Shown one piece after another: positions 35,225 through 45,729 of a stretch of 64,000 nt of DNA. The position numbers and the translations under genes were made by a program. Source of the stretch: an uncultured virus (IMG/VR IMGVR_UViG_2788500287_000116) (taxonomy: Duplodnaviria > Heunggongvirae > Uroviricota > Caudoviricetes). The notes below the pieces were generated by a model. It had not been told where the DNA came from. It was given only the letters and a program-made list of their open reading frames with translations, and ran no database searches. The stretch lies in IMG/VR virus record IMGVR_UViG_2788500287_000116. The stretch is one strand, 5' to 3'. The first letter of the stretch is position 1, and every line of letters begins with the position of its first letter.

Positions 35225-38006
35225 TTCATCAGGAAATTGGGCTACGGCATCTACGTGGGTAGGAAATTCTGTTCCTGCCGCTGATGACTTGGTGGTTATT
35301 GCGCATGGCCACAAAGTTACTTTAAGTTCAAATATACAATCAACAAGAACAGGAGACGTTACTATAGATGGTAATTTACATTTTGCTAATGGTGGTAAAA
35401 TGCACTTACATGGTCGGATGACTGTTAAAAATACCAGTAACTCTAACAATACTGCTGGCGAATTTGTTGAAGGCACTAGCACTTCAGGTTCGCTACTTAG
35501 TATGGTCGGTGGTACTGAAATAAAAATTTCAGGCGACCAAGCTGCACAACACGGTATACAGGTTGATAGTAGAAGATGGTGTGGTGTTCAGATAGATGGC
35601 AGCGAACCAACTTTAATAACAACTGTTAATGGTAATCAAGCGCCAGACGCTACATACATATCAGTAGCAGACGCTTCAAATTTTGCGGCTAACGATAGAA
35701 TATCACTTTACAAAAGAGAAGAAGATTTTTCACTTGTAAATGACGAATGCTTTTTTGTTCATGACGTAGACACTACGAATGATAGGATTTATGTTAGAAG
35801 ATATGTTGGCCCTGAAGCAACAATACAGTCTGTTAGTGGTTCTACAATAACAATATCTGAGGATGCAGAAATATTTAGAGTTGGTTATTATTTAATATTT
35901 GGTACTGGTAGTAATAGAAACGTACTACGTGTCACAGATATAAGCAAAAATACCATAACCTTTGGTAGTACTGTAGACAACGACCCTTCCTTAATTGGCA
36001 CAAAAGTATACCAAACTGGCACCGAAAAATATCACATAGATGGAAAATTCTGCAGAAGAATTGCAAGCGCTATAGCAACAGAATACGTAGGTGCTACTAA
36101 TCTTAGGACTATTACACTTAATGATGTAACTGATTTTTCAACTGGCGACACAGTTTATATACATGCTAGTTTTGATAAACTNGGTGGTAATCTTGTTGGT
36201 GATTATTATTACAGCGCTAGCGGTTTTGGAAGCACTTCGGTAAGCGCTAATGAAGGGCAGTGGAGGCTCAAAGCTAACTACACAATAACAAGTGTTGATT
36301 CTAGTGCTAAAACTATAACNGTTGATAGAGATATAATTTTTAATGGCGCAGTAGGTGACCCTGTTGTAAAAATGAAAAGAGATATTGTTATTAAAGCTTG
36401 TGATAGTAGTGGTAANGATATAGCTGATGCAGATAACTCTACAGCAAGAGTCTTTTTTAATGTAAAATATTGGACAAACAACAGTTGGAATAACGCACCA
36501 ACAAGAAGGGTTAAAATAAAATATGTAGAGTTTATAGGGTTAGGTAATAACACTAATGATGGTACAAATTTTAGGTCAGGTGTAAATATAGCTGGTTATA
36601 ATGGTTATTTCAGAAAATCTACAACAGGTAGTGCCGCAGACAATACAACAATACATAATAGTAACGGTATTACGCAAACAGGTGAAAACTATTTAGATGG
36701 ATGTAGTTTTACAGCATACAACCATGCTGGTAATGATGATAGNGATGGTGAAACTTATATTGGTATAACTGTAAGACACCCTTATGGTATGGTTAATAGA
36801 AATCATATAGTAGTTGGAGCAGGTAGAGGTATTTGGCATTGGAGTTCACAATACTTTGTAAAATCACATGGACATATAACAGCACACTGTAATTATTCTA
36901 ACATGTCTTATGAAGCTGCGTATGAATATGCTAATGAATACTCATATATGCAGGGTTACAGTTCTGAAGATTATGGTTNTTTATTTCATAATCTTGGCAG
37001 ACAAAACGACCAAACATTGGTTGCTTATTTAAGAAGTGAAAATCAACGTGGGTATGCTTTTTATTTTGGAGGAAGCACCGTANGNCCTCATTNNAAAAGA
37101 TTTTTTGCCGATAAATTTAGTCAAGCAACGTATATAGCTGATAGTGTTAGTAATTTCCATGTATATGATTCTAAAATATATCCTAATTCTTGGGATGCAA
37201 CTTCTAGTATATATAAAACAGGTTCTATTGGTAGAAAATACCCAAATGTTGTTTTAAATCACGCGAGTGGTCATCAAGCTTTATATAGAGGCGGTACTGG
37301 TTGGAAAGCTGTTTGTTGTTTTAGTGAACAAGGGTTTAAAGAAAGTGAAAAAGTATTTATATATTACAATATAACAAGATTTAAAAATTTAAAAGGCTAC
37401 GCTCGTGACTTATATGCTTCTGCATGGAGTGGTAATCCTAACGCTTTTGGTATAATTCAAGTACCAGCAAACTGTACTGTTAAAATAAAATCTGTAATTA
37501 AAATAAATGAAACAGAGTGGGATGGAACAAGTAGAGGGGTTGACTCATCTTCTCCACCTCATCTAATAGCAGCGTATGCTTTTAACGCAAAATATGGCGC
37601 TAATGAATATGATGTTAACTCTAATAATCATATATTTTATCAAGATAATCTAGATTTAGATGATTCAAACGAAACAGCAGATTTAAAAAATAGTACGCAA
37701 GCTCAAGGAAAACTATATAATGGTTTTATAGAATACGTGCAACACACTACAGATGCAATTGGAGCTTTTGAAACAAAAATATTAACAGTACAGCCTCAAT
37801 ACACNAGTTACTATTTAAGATTTGGTTATCATTTTAACGACCATGATTTAGTTCATGAAGGTTTTGAAGCAGAAGATATACATGTAGCTATGTCAAAAGC
37901 ACCTGCTAATGGATTGCAAATGTGGCCAATGAATTTTGCAAAAGTAACAATTAGACCATCAGCAAATTTTGCTGTTGGGAAAAAAAGAATATCAGGAAGA
38001 ATATAA
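35205..38006 (+). CDS. Tail spike with G8-like N-terminus and probable beta-helix
   Basis: SGNWATASTWVGNSVPAADDLVVIAHGHKVTL; beta-rich sequence. Confidence 0.6.
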   Translation: MATITSNSSGNWATASTWVGNSVPAADDLVVIAHGHKVTLSSNIQSTRTGDVTIDGNLHFANGGKMHLHGRMTVKNTSNSNNTAGEFVEGTSTSGSLLSMVGGTEIKISGDQAAQHGIQVDSRRWCGVQIDGSEPTLITTVNGNQAPDATYISVADASNFAANDRISLYKREEDFSLVNDECFFVHDVDTTNDRIYVRRYVGPEATIQSVSGSTITISEDAEIFRVGYYLIFGTGSNRNVLRVTDISKNTITFGSTVDNDPSLIGTKVYQTGTEKYHIDGKFCRRIASAIATEYVGATNLRTITLNDVTDFSTGDTVYIHASFDKXGGNLVGDYYYSASGFGSTSVSANEGQWRLKANYTITSVDSSAKTIXVDRDIIFNGAVGDPVVKMKRDIVIKACDSSGXDIADADNSTARVFFNVKYWTNNSWNNAPTRRVKIKYVEFIGLGNNTNDGTNFRSGVNIAGYNGYFRKSTTGSAADNTTIHNSNGITQTGENYLDGCSFTAYNHAGNDDXDGETYIGITVRHPYGMVNRNHIVVGAGRGIWHWSSQYFVKSHGHITAHCNYSNMSYEAAYEYANEYSYMQGYSSEDYGXLFHNLGRQNDQTLVAYLRSENQRGYAFYFGGSTVXPHXKRFFADKFSQATYIADSVSNFHVYDSKIYPNSWDATSSIYKTGSIGRKYPNVVLNHASGHQALYRGGTGWKAVCCFSEQGFKESEKVFIYYNITRFKNLKGYARDLYASAWSGNPNAFGIIQVPANCTVKIKSVIKINETEWDGTSRGVDSSSPPHLIAAYAFNAKYGANEYDVNSNNHIFYQDNLDLDDSNETADLKNSTQAQGKLYNGFIEYVQHTTDAIGAFETKILTVQPQYXSYYLRFGYHFNDHDLVHEGFEAEDIHVAMSKAPANGLQMWPMNFAKVTIRPSANFAVGKKRISGRI

Positions 38007-38015
38007 ATTTTAATT

Positions 38016-41000
38016 ATGCCAATACCATTTTTACATAACATACTAATAAAAGACGAAAACCATATACAGTTTACTACTTCAGCAGGAGCTAATGCTGGTA
38101 AAATTGACCAAAGTGGCAATGACCTAGTTTTAAGTAATGCTGTTGGTGATATTATTATTGGTAATGGTAGTGATGATGTTTTTATTGGTGATGGTACAAA
38201 CACTGTAGATATTAGGTTTGAACAGAACATGGCTATATTTGCTGATTCTAGTTCAACAAGAACCTTAACATTAGGTGGAGCAAATACAAGTGTAGTAATA
38301 GAAAGTCCAACTATTAATGGTAGTTTGAGCTTAGGCGCTACAACCATGAGTGATAATCTTATATTTACTACAACCAATGGTCATATAGTGTTTGACTATG
38401 AAACATCAGACACAGGTGAATATGGCTCAGAAGTAGCCTTGTTAAAAATAGATAGAGGCGGCACAGAAAAAACAATACTTAGTAGAGTTAGTAAAGAAGG
38501 TGGAATTGCATTAGGGGCTGACGATACAGTTGCTATTGTAGCTGGAGATACAAAATCTGTTATTAAAGATAATCTAAACCTTGTAAATGAAAATGTAGTG
38601 CTTGCCTCTGAAGGTGGTTTTACTGCTTATGGTTTTCCTGGGAATGATGTAACTTGGTCAAATAGAAATGTGTTTCAATTTAGGTCTGATAGCACTACAG
38701 CTAGTGAAAATGGATTATATATAGGTGATGGTGGNCAAACACAATTNATAGATTTAAGTAGNAACTTAGTAAATATTGCTAGTATAAGAAGTAATACTAA
38801 TATACCATTTTTAACATTAACAGGTGGTGCTCAAAAAATTAGAGTTAGTAGTTTATATGCTGGAACAACATATGCTGATGATGGTTCAAGTGCTGGTGAA
38901 ATTGATGCTTTAAATGGATATAGAGTAGCTGGTACATTAGTTATAGACTCATCAAGAAACTTAGCAAATATTGGAACAATAGGTTCTGGAGCTATAACAT
39001 CTACAGGTAAAATACAAGGTACGGAATTAGAAGGTACTAGTTTAGATATAAATGGTAACGCTGATATAGCTGGTGAACTACAAGTAACAGTAAATGGAAC
39101 TGCAACATTAATATTAAGAGGAGACAATAATAACTCTGGTGATACTGGCCAACTAGATTCTACTATTAAAATGCTTCATGATGACGGAACGCATGGTGTA
39201 TTAATGGAAACTAAAAACTATGCTGGCAAGCAGTCTTTTGAAATAAAATCTTTAGCAGCTGGAACAGAAAGTAGCAGGTTTTTAATACACCAAGATGATT
39301 ATATAACTACATCAGGTGATATTCTTCCTCAAACAGATAATTCAAAAGATTTAGGTAGTAGTTCGTATAGATGGCAAAATGTTGTTGCTGTTAATCTACA
39401 TGGTGATGGTAGTAATATAACAAACGTTGCAGCTAGTTCAGCTAGTAATGCAGATACGGTTGATAATTTACACGCTTCTTCATTCTTGAGAAGTGATGAA
39501 GCTGACACAGCAACTGGTAAAATAACGTTTACCCAAAATGCCGCTACAATAGCTCTTGCAGGTACAAACCATACTTATGCAGAATTTTACAAAACAGGCA
39601 CAGATAACAGCAGAAGTGCTTATTTAGGTTTTGGTTCAAGTGGTACCAATCATTTTAATATTGCAAATGAAATATCAAGTGGTAAGGTTATAATAGATAC
39701 TAATGGAGGTAGTGTTGAAATAAACGACAATACATCTATAGCTGGTAATTTAAGTATAACTGGTACAGTTGATGGTGTTGATATAGCTGCACTTGCTGCT
39801 GCAAACACTGGAACAAATACTGGTGACCAAGATTTAAGTGGATTATTACCATTAACTGGTGGTACGTTAACAGGTGATTTAACTTTAGATGATGGCTCAG
39901 GTGAATCGCCACATATTATTTTTCAAGATGATGACGATATAAAATTTAGAGTTTACAATGCAGATAATAATGATTTGATTATTACTAGACAGGATAATGG
40001 TGGTGCTGATTTTGTAATACACGCTGACGCAAGCGCACACACAAGTAGTTATTTAACTATTGGTGGCGCTACTGTTAGCCCTACGAAAATAGGTCAATGG
40101 AACACAGCGTATACATACTCTCAAGTTGGGCATGTACCTTTAGCTGGTGGTACTATGACTGGTGATTTAACTATTACTCATGCTAGTACTCCTAGAATTG
40201 TAATTACAGACACTACTAATGATGTAGATTTTAGAATTAGAGCAGCTAACTCATATGTGTTTATAGAAGCTGATACTGATGATGATGCGGCTTCTACTAG
40301 AATACAGTTCAAAGTAGATAATGTTTTAGTTCATGAATATTTAGCAGCCAGCCAAATAGCCCATAAGGATATTACTATAAGAAAAGAACATGCAACGTCT
40401 AAAGCAGTTCTTGATATTTCAACAAGAAAAGACCATACTGGTAGCGGTAACTTTTCTACTGGTGATGATGTTGGTGCAGTAAATTTTAGAGCAAGAGATA
40501 GCGTTGTTACAAGTGACTTAACAGTTGGTACTATTTTAGTAGAAGCAGATAATGTATTTACAAGTTCAGATAAGAAAACAAGAATGAAAATGCAGGTATA
40601 CACTGGGTCTGCTTTAGAAAATGTTTTGTTTTTAGACTCTGACAAAAGCGCTACTTTTTATGGTAATATAATTACTAGTGGAACAATTGATGGGCGAGAC
40701 GTTGCTGCAGATGGAACCAAACTGGATGGTATTGCTGCAGGCGCAACCGCAAATACAGGAACGGTGACAAGTGTAAGCGCAACAGCACCATTAACATCAA
40801 CAGGAGGAACAACACCAACTATCGCTGCTGATACAGCTGACGTAGGTAGCGGTTCATCTAAATTAGCAACAGGTGCTCAAATACAGCATGCAATTGATAC
40901 TGCTGTATCAGGGTTAACATCTAATGCAGGTACAGTAACTAGTGTAACAGCTGGTAATGGTATGACACAATCTGGTACTAGCACTGTAAACCCAACATTA

Positions 41001-41636
41001 AATGTTGTAGGTGGTGATGGTATTACTGCTAATGCAGATGATATAGCTATTGATTATAGCAATGGAAGTGATAATGTAATTAATAGTGCATCAACAGGAA
41101 CACCTACTAGTGGCTCCACTATTTTATTCAATGATTCTGGAGGTGTAAATAAAGTTTCTTTTAGCAATCTTTTTTCAAGTAATATGGTAGCGGACATAGC
41201 TATGGCAAGAGATGTACCTATGGTAATTCATGCGTCTTTTGATGATACAACATCTTCTACAAGTAATTTAATAATACCTTTAGCAGGGAGTATAACAGAA
41301 ACAAGCGTATCAGGTGCGTCTGCGCCACACTTCTTTACCATTCCATATGCATGCGTATTAAAAAAAGTAATAATGAAAACAGTGTCAGGCTCTCAGAGTT
41401 CTTCATTTACAACAGAATTAAAAGCTTACAAAAATGGTTCAGTTTCAGGTAATTCTTCAAGTGGTGAGTTGACACATGTGAGTTCCTCAATATCATGGAC
41501 GCCTACTGCCAACAGTGATATTACATACGCAGCTGGTGATAAATTTTCTTTAGTTTATCAAAAAAGCTCAACTAGTAAATATTGGCAAGATGTTGCAGTA
41601 ACAATAGTATTTACGTTAACAGATTATGATATATAA
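38016..41636 (+). CDS. Long tail fibre protein
   Basis: PLxGGTxTGDL twice, ADTVDNLHASSFLRSD, DGRDVAADGTKLDGI and GTVTSV repeats. Confidence 0.8.
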   Translation: MPIPFLHNILIKDENHIQFTTSAGANAGKIDQSGNDLVLSNAVGDIIIGNGSDDVFIGDGTNTVDIRFEQNMAIFADSSSTRTLTLGGANTSVVIESPTINGSLSLGATTMSDNLIFTTTNGHIVFDYETSDTGEYGSEVALLKIDRGGTEKTILSRVSKEGGIALGADDTVAIVAGDTKSVIKDNLNLVNENVVLASEGGFTAYGFPGNDVTWSNRNVFQFRSDSTTASENGLYIGDGXQTQXIDLSXNLVNIASIRSNTNIPFLTLTGGAQKIRVSSLYAGTTYADDGSSAGEIDALNGYRVAGTLVIDSSRNLANIGTIGSGAITSTGKIQGTELEGTSLDINGNADIAGELQVTVNGTATLILRGDNNNSGDTGQLDSTIKMLHDDGTHGVLMETKNYAGKQSFEIKSLAAGTESSRFLIHQDDYITTSGDILPQTDNSKDLGSSSYRWQNVVAVNLHGDGSNITNVAASSASNADTVDNLHASSFLRSDEADTATGKITFTQNAATIALAGTNHTYAEFYKTGTDNSRSAYLGFGSSGTNHFNIANEISSGKVIIDTNGGSVEINDNTSIAGNLSITGTVDGVDIAALAAANTGTNTGDQDLSGLLPLTGGTLTGDLTLDDGSGESPHIIFQDDDDIKFRVYNADNNDLIITRQDNGGADFVIHADASAHTSSYLTIGGATVSPTKIGQWNTAYTYSQVGHVPLAGGTMTGDLTITHASTPRIVITDTTNDVDFRIRAANSYVFIEADTDDDAASTRIQFKVDNVLVHEYLAASQIAHKDITIRKEHATSKAVLDISTRKDHTGSGNFSTGDDVGAVNFRARDSVVTSDLTVGTILVEADNVFTSSDKKTRMKMQVYTGSALENVLFLDSDKSATFYGNIITSGTIDGRDVAADGTKLDGIAAGATANTGTVTSVSATAPLTSTGGTTPTIAADTADVGSGSSKLATGAQIQHAIDTAVSGLTSNAGTVTSVTAGNGMTQSGTSTVNPTLNVVGGDGITANADDIAIDYSNGSDNVINSASTGTPTSGSTILFNDSGGVNKVSFSNLFSSNMVADIAMARDVPMVIHASFDDTTSSTSNLIIPLAGSITETSVSGASAPHFFTIPYACVLKKVIMKTVSGSQSSSFTTELKAYKNGSVSGNSSSGELTHVSSSISWTPTANSDITYAAGDKFSLVYQKSSTSKYWQDVAVTIVFTLTDYDI

Positions 41637-41639
41637 GAT

Positions 41640-42134
41640 ATGGGATATTTTGAAAATTTAAATATAGATAATTACAACCTTGACACTGATGGAGAGGTAA
41701 GATATATAGATGGAGCGCTTAGATTTGTTCCTTGGCTGGAAGGCATTGAAGACACAATATACAAAGGGTGTGTTGAAGATTTATTGGCATTAGATTGGAC
41801 AGGTTATAAATTATATTTAGTTGGTGGCTTGTTAGAGGGTTGGAAAACTACAGATATAGATATTTGTATTACAGGAGATATAGGTGATAATCTATCAACT
41901 TTAATGGAAGATGCAACAAAGCTAGGGCCATTTGATGTATACTATGTAAAGTCTTTGGATGAAATAAAAGGCAATGCAAATAGGATATGGGAATTCGCAA
42001 AACACACTGACAGAAGGGGTGTTAGAGCTCCTAGGTGGCACGGTCAATGGAAAAGCGATGGATTGTTTTGGATGACTGAAAAATTTAATGATAAGGGTAG
42101 AACTTACACAAAGGAACCTCTGGCCTTAAATTAA
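41640..42134 (+). CDS. Pol-beta-superfamily nucleotidyltransferase-like protein
   Basis: LYLVGG...TTDIDI and a later FDV. Confidence 0.55.
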   Translation: MGYFENLNIDNYNLDTDGEVRYIDGALRFVPWLEGIEDTIYKGCVEDLLALDWTGYKLYLVGGLLEGWKTTDIDICITGDIGDNLSTLMEDATKLGPFDVYYVKSLDEIKGNANRIWEFAKHTDRRGVRAPRWHGQWKSDGLFWMTEKFNDKGRTYTKEPLALN

Positions 42135-42169
42135 TTTTGTATATTAGTAAATAATTTAATTTTAATAAA

Positions 42170-42448
42170 ATGGCAACAAAAAAAGTAGAACCTAATGTCG
42201 TTAAAGTAGACGACAAATCACTAGAAGAATTAAGAAACCTTAGACTAGGGCAACAAAGACTTCAAATTGAAGTTGGAGCTGTTGAAGCCCATAAGGCTGC
42301 ACTTGTAACTGAAATTGGAAAATTTGCGGACAAAATAAGCGCAATTATGAGAGAGTTAGAAGAAAAGCACGGTAAGGGTAATTTAAACTTAGAAACAGGC
42401 ATTATTATTCCTCTAGAAGAAAAAGTAGAGGAAAATGTTAATTCGTAA
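42170..42448 (+). CDS. Small coiled-coil protein
   Basis: LEEKHGKGNLNLETG. Confidence 0.6.
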   Translation: MATKKVEPNVVKVDDKSLEELRNLRLGQQRLQIEVGAVEAHKAALVTEIGKFADKISAIMRELEEKHGKGNLNLETGIIIPLEEKVEENVNS

Positions 42449-42659
42449 AATTTCAGTAGGTGCCGACTACAAAGGTAGTTGTATGCACTACTTAGTAGGG
42501 CAAAAAGTTTTAAACGGCACATATACAATTCATTTGATTGAATACTCAGCTAAATCTGATTCTTATATTATATATATAGAAAGAAACAGAGAGGTTGTTC
42601 AATGGAAAGAATTCAATAAAAATATGCCTATATCAATTGAATTTAATATTGATTTTTGA
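42435..42659 (+). CDS. Hypothetical protein
   Basis: 74-aa coupled ORF. Confidence 0.65.
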   Translation: MLIRKISVGADYKGSCMHYLVGQKVLNGTYTIHLIEYSAKSDSYIIYIERNREVVQWKEFNKNMPISIEFNIDF

Positions 42660-43219
42660 TGAAATCCCCTTTTTATTTTTTAATCAAATCAAAAGGCAAT
42701 CATTACAATAACGAAATCACATTGGCAGGTCAGAAGATGATTGTGAACAGCAGTGTTGCTGAGCATATGCATGTCAATAGGTTTGCGGAAGTTTTACAAA
42801 CTCCAACATACTACAAAGGAGAAATCAAAAAAGGTGACACGATTATAGTTCACCACAACGTCTTTCGTATTTATTACGACATGAAAGGACGACCAAGGAA
42901 ATCACCTAATTACTTCAAAGGTGATGTTTATATTATAGACCCCTATCAATTTTATTTATATCACGATGGTGAAAACTGGTATTCTGTAGATGATTATTGT
43001 TTTGTAAAACCTACTGAAATGGAACACAAGTACTTACATGAGGAGGGGCTAGAAGAAAACACAGGCTATGTAACATACTCTAATAAAAATTTAGAATCTA
43101 TAGGTATTAAAAAAGGCTCTAAAGTAAACTTTAGAAAAGACAGTGAGTATGAGTTTGAAATCAATGATGAAAAAATGTATAGAATGAGCACCAGAGATAT
43201 ATGTACAATTTTAAATTAA
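42656..43219 (+). CDS. GroES-like (tandem) protein
   Basis: IKKGDTIIVH and IKKGSKVNF...INDEKMYRM suggest two Cpn10-like units. Confidence 0.5.
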   Translation: MMKSPFYFLIKSKGNHYNNEITLAGQKMIVNSSVAEHMHVNRFAEVLQTPTYYKGEIKKGDTIIVHHNVFRIYYDMKGRPRKSPNYFKGDVYIIDPYQFYLYHDGENWYSVDDYCFVKPTEMEHKYLHEEGLEENTGYVTYSNKNLESIGIKKGSKVNFRKDSEYEFEINDEKMYRMSTRDICTILN

Positions 43220-43223
43220 CTTT

Positions 43224-43502
43224 ATGAGTGTAAATGATATAAAAGAAAGAATAATAAAAGCAGGGCACGAAGCTGTCAAACAATTAATTAAGGTTGCAGA
43301 GGAGGAAATAATAAAGCCTGACCCTGAAGACGAGCTTGCTGCAGATAGATTGAAGAATGCAGCAGCTACAAAAAAGCTTGCAATATTTGATGCTTTTGAA
43401 ATTTTAAATAGAATAGAAGTAGAAAAAGCATTGATTGAAGGTAAGCCAGTAGAAGAAAAACAAAAATCTTTTTCAGGTTTTGCAGAAAGAAAATCTAAGT
43501 AA
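43224..43502 (+). CDS. Probable terminase small subunit
   Basis: Helical 92-aa protein coupled to the large terminase. Confidence 0.55.
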   Translation: MSVNDIKERIIKAGHEAVKQLIKVAEEEIIKPDPEDELAADRLKNAAATKKLAIFDAFEILNRIEVEKALIEGKPVEEKQKSFSGFAERKSK

Positions 43503-45724
43503 TGTATCAACAAACTCTATATGGCATTGTAAACCCTATTGACGAAGAAGTTATAAATAAACTAAATAAGTCAAAAAGCTGGAAGTATGGATATAATTCT
43601 GAACATGATGTTGTCGTGATATCGAAAACAGGAATGATTGGTGAAGTATATCAAATACAAAACCTAAAAATAGCTTTACCAAAGAAACCTAAAAAGGTTT
43701 TTAGATTCAAAGAAAATAAATGGCAAGCTGCTGAATACCCTAAAGAGCTCAATCGTATTAAAAGTATTTTTGATTGGAGAGAATACCCAAGTGATTTTAA
43801 AAACAAATACATTGATTATATTGAAAGTGAGTTTGAAAAAAGAGATGAGGGCTTTTGGTTTTACAATAAAGGAATACCTACGTACATTACTGGCGCACAC
43901 TACATGTATTTGCAGTGGTCTAAAATAGATGTCGGTAAGCCAGATTTTAGAGAGTCAAATAGATTATTTTACTTTTTTTGGGAAGCGTGTAAAGCAGACC
44001 AGCGTTGTTATGGTATGTGTTATCTTAAAAACAGAAGAAGTGGCTTTTCTTTTATGGCGTCAGGTGAAACTGTAAATCTTGCCACAATAAATTCAGATTC
44101 TAGATTTGGTATATTGTCTAAGTCAGGGGTTGATGCAAAAAAAATGTTTACAGATAAAGTTGTACCAATATCAGTCAACTATCCGTTTTTCTTCAAGCCG
44201 ATACAAGACGGTATGGATAGACCAAAATCAGAACTAGCATATAGGGTGCCAGCATCAAAACTCACAAGAAGAAATATAACAAGCACAGATAAAGTTGAGG
44301 AGCTTTCAGGTTTGGATACAACAATAGACTGGAAGAACACAGGAGACAATAGTTATGATGGAGAAAAATTAAAACTGCTTGTTCATGATGAAAGCGGAAA
44401 ATGGGAAAAGCCAAATAACATTTTGAATAACTGGAGAGTTACAAAAACTACATTAAGGCTCGGTAGTAGAATTATAGGTAAATGTATGATGGGCTCAACA
44501 TCAAACGCTTTAGATAAAGGTGGTGATAATTTCAAAAAATTATATTATGATTCAGATGTTACAAAGCGAAATAAAAATGGGCAAACTAATTCTGGATTAT
44601 ATTCGTTTTTCATTCCTATGGAGTGGAATTATGAAGGTTTCTTAGATGAGTATGGATGGCCAGTTTTCGATAATCCTGAAACAGAAGTATTTGGCCCTTA
44701 TGGAGACGCTATATATGGAGGTGTAATTGACCATTGGAAAAATGAAGTAGATGGTTTGAAAAATGACCAAGATGCTTTGAATGAGTTTTACAGACAGTTT
44801 CCAAGGACAGAGTCACATGCTTTTAGAGATGAATCAAAAAACACTATATTTAATCTTTCTAAAATATACGAACAAATTGATTATAATGACTCTTTTGCTA
44901 TTAAGACAAGTATTACTAGGGGTTCTTTCACGTGGAGGAATGGACAAAGGGATACAGAAGTTATATGGGTTCCTGATAGTAATGGTCGTTTTTTTACTTC
45001 TTGGACTCCTTCTAATAGTCTAGCGAATAATGTAATACACAGAGGGACAAGAAAAATACCTGGTAATGCGCACTTAGGTAGTTTTGGTTGTGACTCTTAT
45101 GACATATCAGGTACGGTTCAAGGAGGTGGGTCAAAGGGTTCGTTGCATGGTATGACTAAGTTTCATTTGGAAGACGCGCCGTCAAACTATTTTTTTCTAG
45201 AATATATATCTAGACCCCCTACAGCTGAAATATTTTATGAAGACGTTTTGATGGCTTTACATTATTATGGTATGCCAATATTGGTTGAAAATAATAAACC
45301 CAGGCTTTTATATTATCTGAAAGAAAGAGGGTACAGAGCTTTTTCTTTAAATAGGCCTGATAAACACAAGAACGTTTTATCTAAAGCAGAAAGAGAGTTA
45401 GGTGGTATACCTTCATCTTCAGCAGTCATATCAGCGCATGCAGAGTATATTGAAGCGTATATTCAAAATCATATCGGTGTTATTAATGATGAAGATAATA
45501 TGGATTTTGGAAACTGCGGTTCCATGTTTTTTAACAGGACTCTTTTGGATTGGTCAAACTACGATATTAACAATAGAACTAGGTTTGATGCCACTGTAAG
45601 TTCAGGATTTGCCATAATGGCTAACTTTTCTAAACAAAAAGTTGTTGACAAAAAAGATAATCAAATAAATCTTAACTTTGCAAAGTATAGCAACAAGGGA
45701 TTTGTTAGTAAAATTATATCATAA
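43502..45724 (+). CDS. terL: Terminase large subunit
   Basis: Walker A KNRRSGFS, Walker B LLVHDESGK, GST coupling motif, nuclease motifs GCDSYD and VENN. Confidence 0.92.
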   Translation: MYQQTLYGIVNPIDEEVINKLNKSKSWKYGYNSEHDVVVISKTGMIGEVYQIQNLKIALPKKPKKVFRFKENKWQAAEYPKELNRIKSIFDWREYPSDFKNKYIDYIESEFEKRDEGFWFYNKGIPTYITGAHYMYLQWSKIDVGKPDFRESNRLFYFFWEACKADQRCYGMCYLKNRRSGFSFMASGETVNLATINSDSRFGILSKSGVDAKKMFTDKVVPISVNYPFFFKPIQDGMDRPKSELAYRVPASKLTRRNITSTDKVEELSGLDTTIDWKNTGDNSYDGEKLKLLVHDESGKWEKPNNILNNWRVTKTTLRLGSRIIGKCMMGSTSNALDKGGDNFKKLYYDSDVTKRNKNGQTNSGLYSFFIPMEWNYEGFLDEYGWPVFDNPETEVFGPYGDAIYGGVIDHWKNEVDGLKNDQDALNEFYRQFPRTESHAFRDESKNTIFNLSKIYEQIDYNDSFAIKTSITRGSFTWRNGQRDTEVIWVPDSNGRFFTSWTPSNSLANNVIHRGTRKIPGNAHLGSFGCDSYDISGTVQGGGSKGSLHGMTKFHLEDAPSNYFFLEYISRPPTAEIFYEDVLMALHYYGMPILVENNKPRLLYYLKERGYRAFSLNRPDKHKNVLSKAERELGGIPSSSAVISAHAEYIEAYIQNHIGVINDEDNMDFGNCGSMFFNRTLLDWSNYDINNRTRFDATVSSGFAIMANFSKQKVVDKKDNQINLNFAKYSNKGFVSKIIS

Positions 45725-45729
45725 CTTAT

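Noticed and set aside
32474..41636. Diversity-generating retroelement or invertible fibre cassette
   Set aside because: No reverse transcriptase, invertase or template/variable repeat pair was seen.
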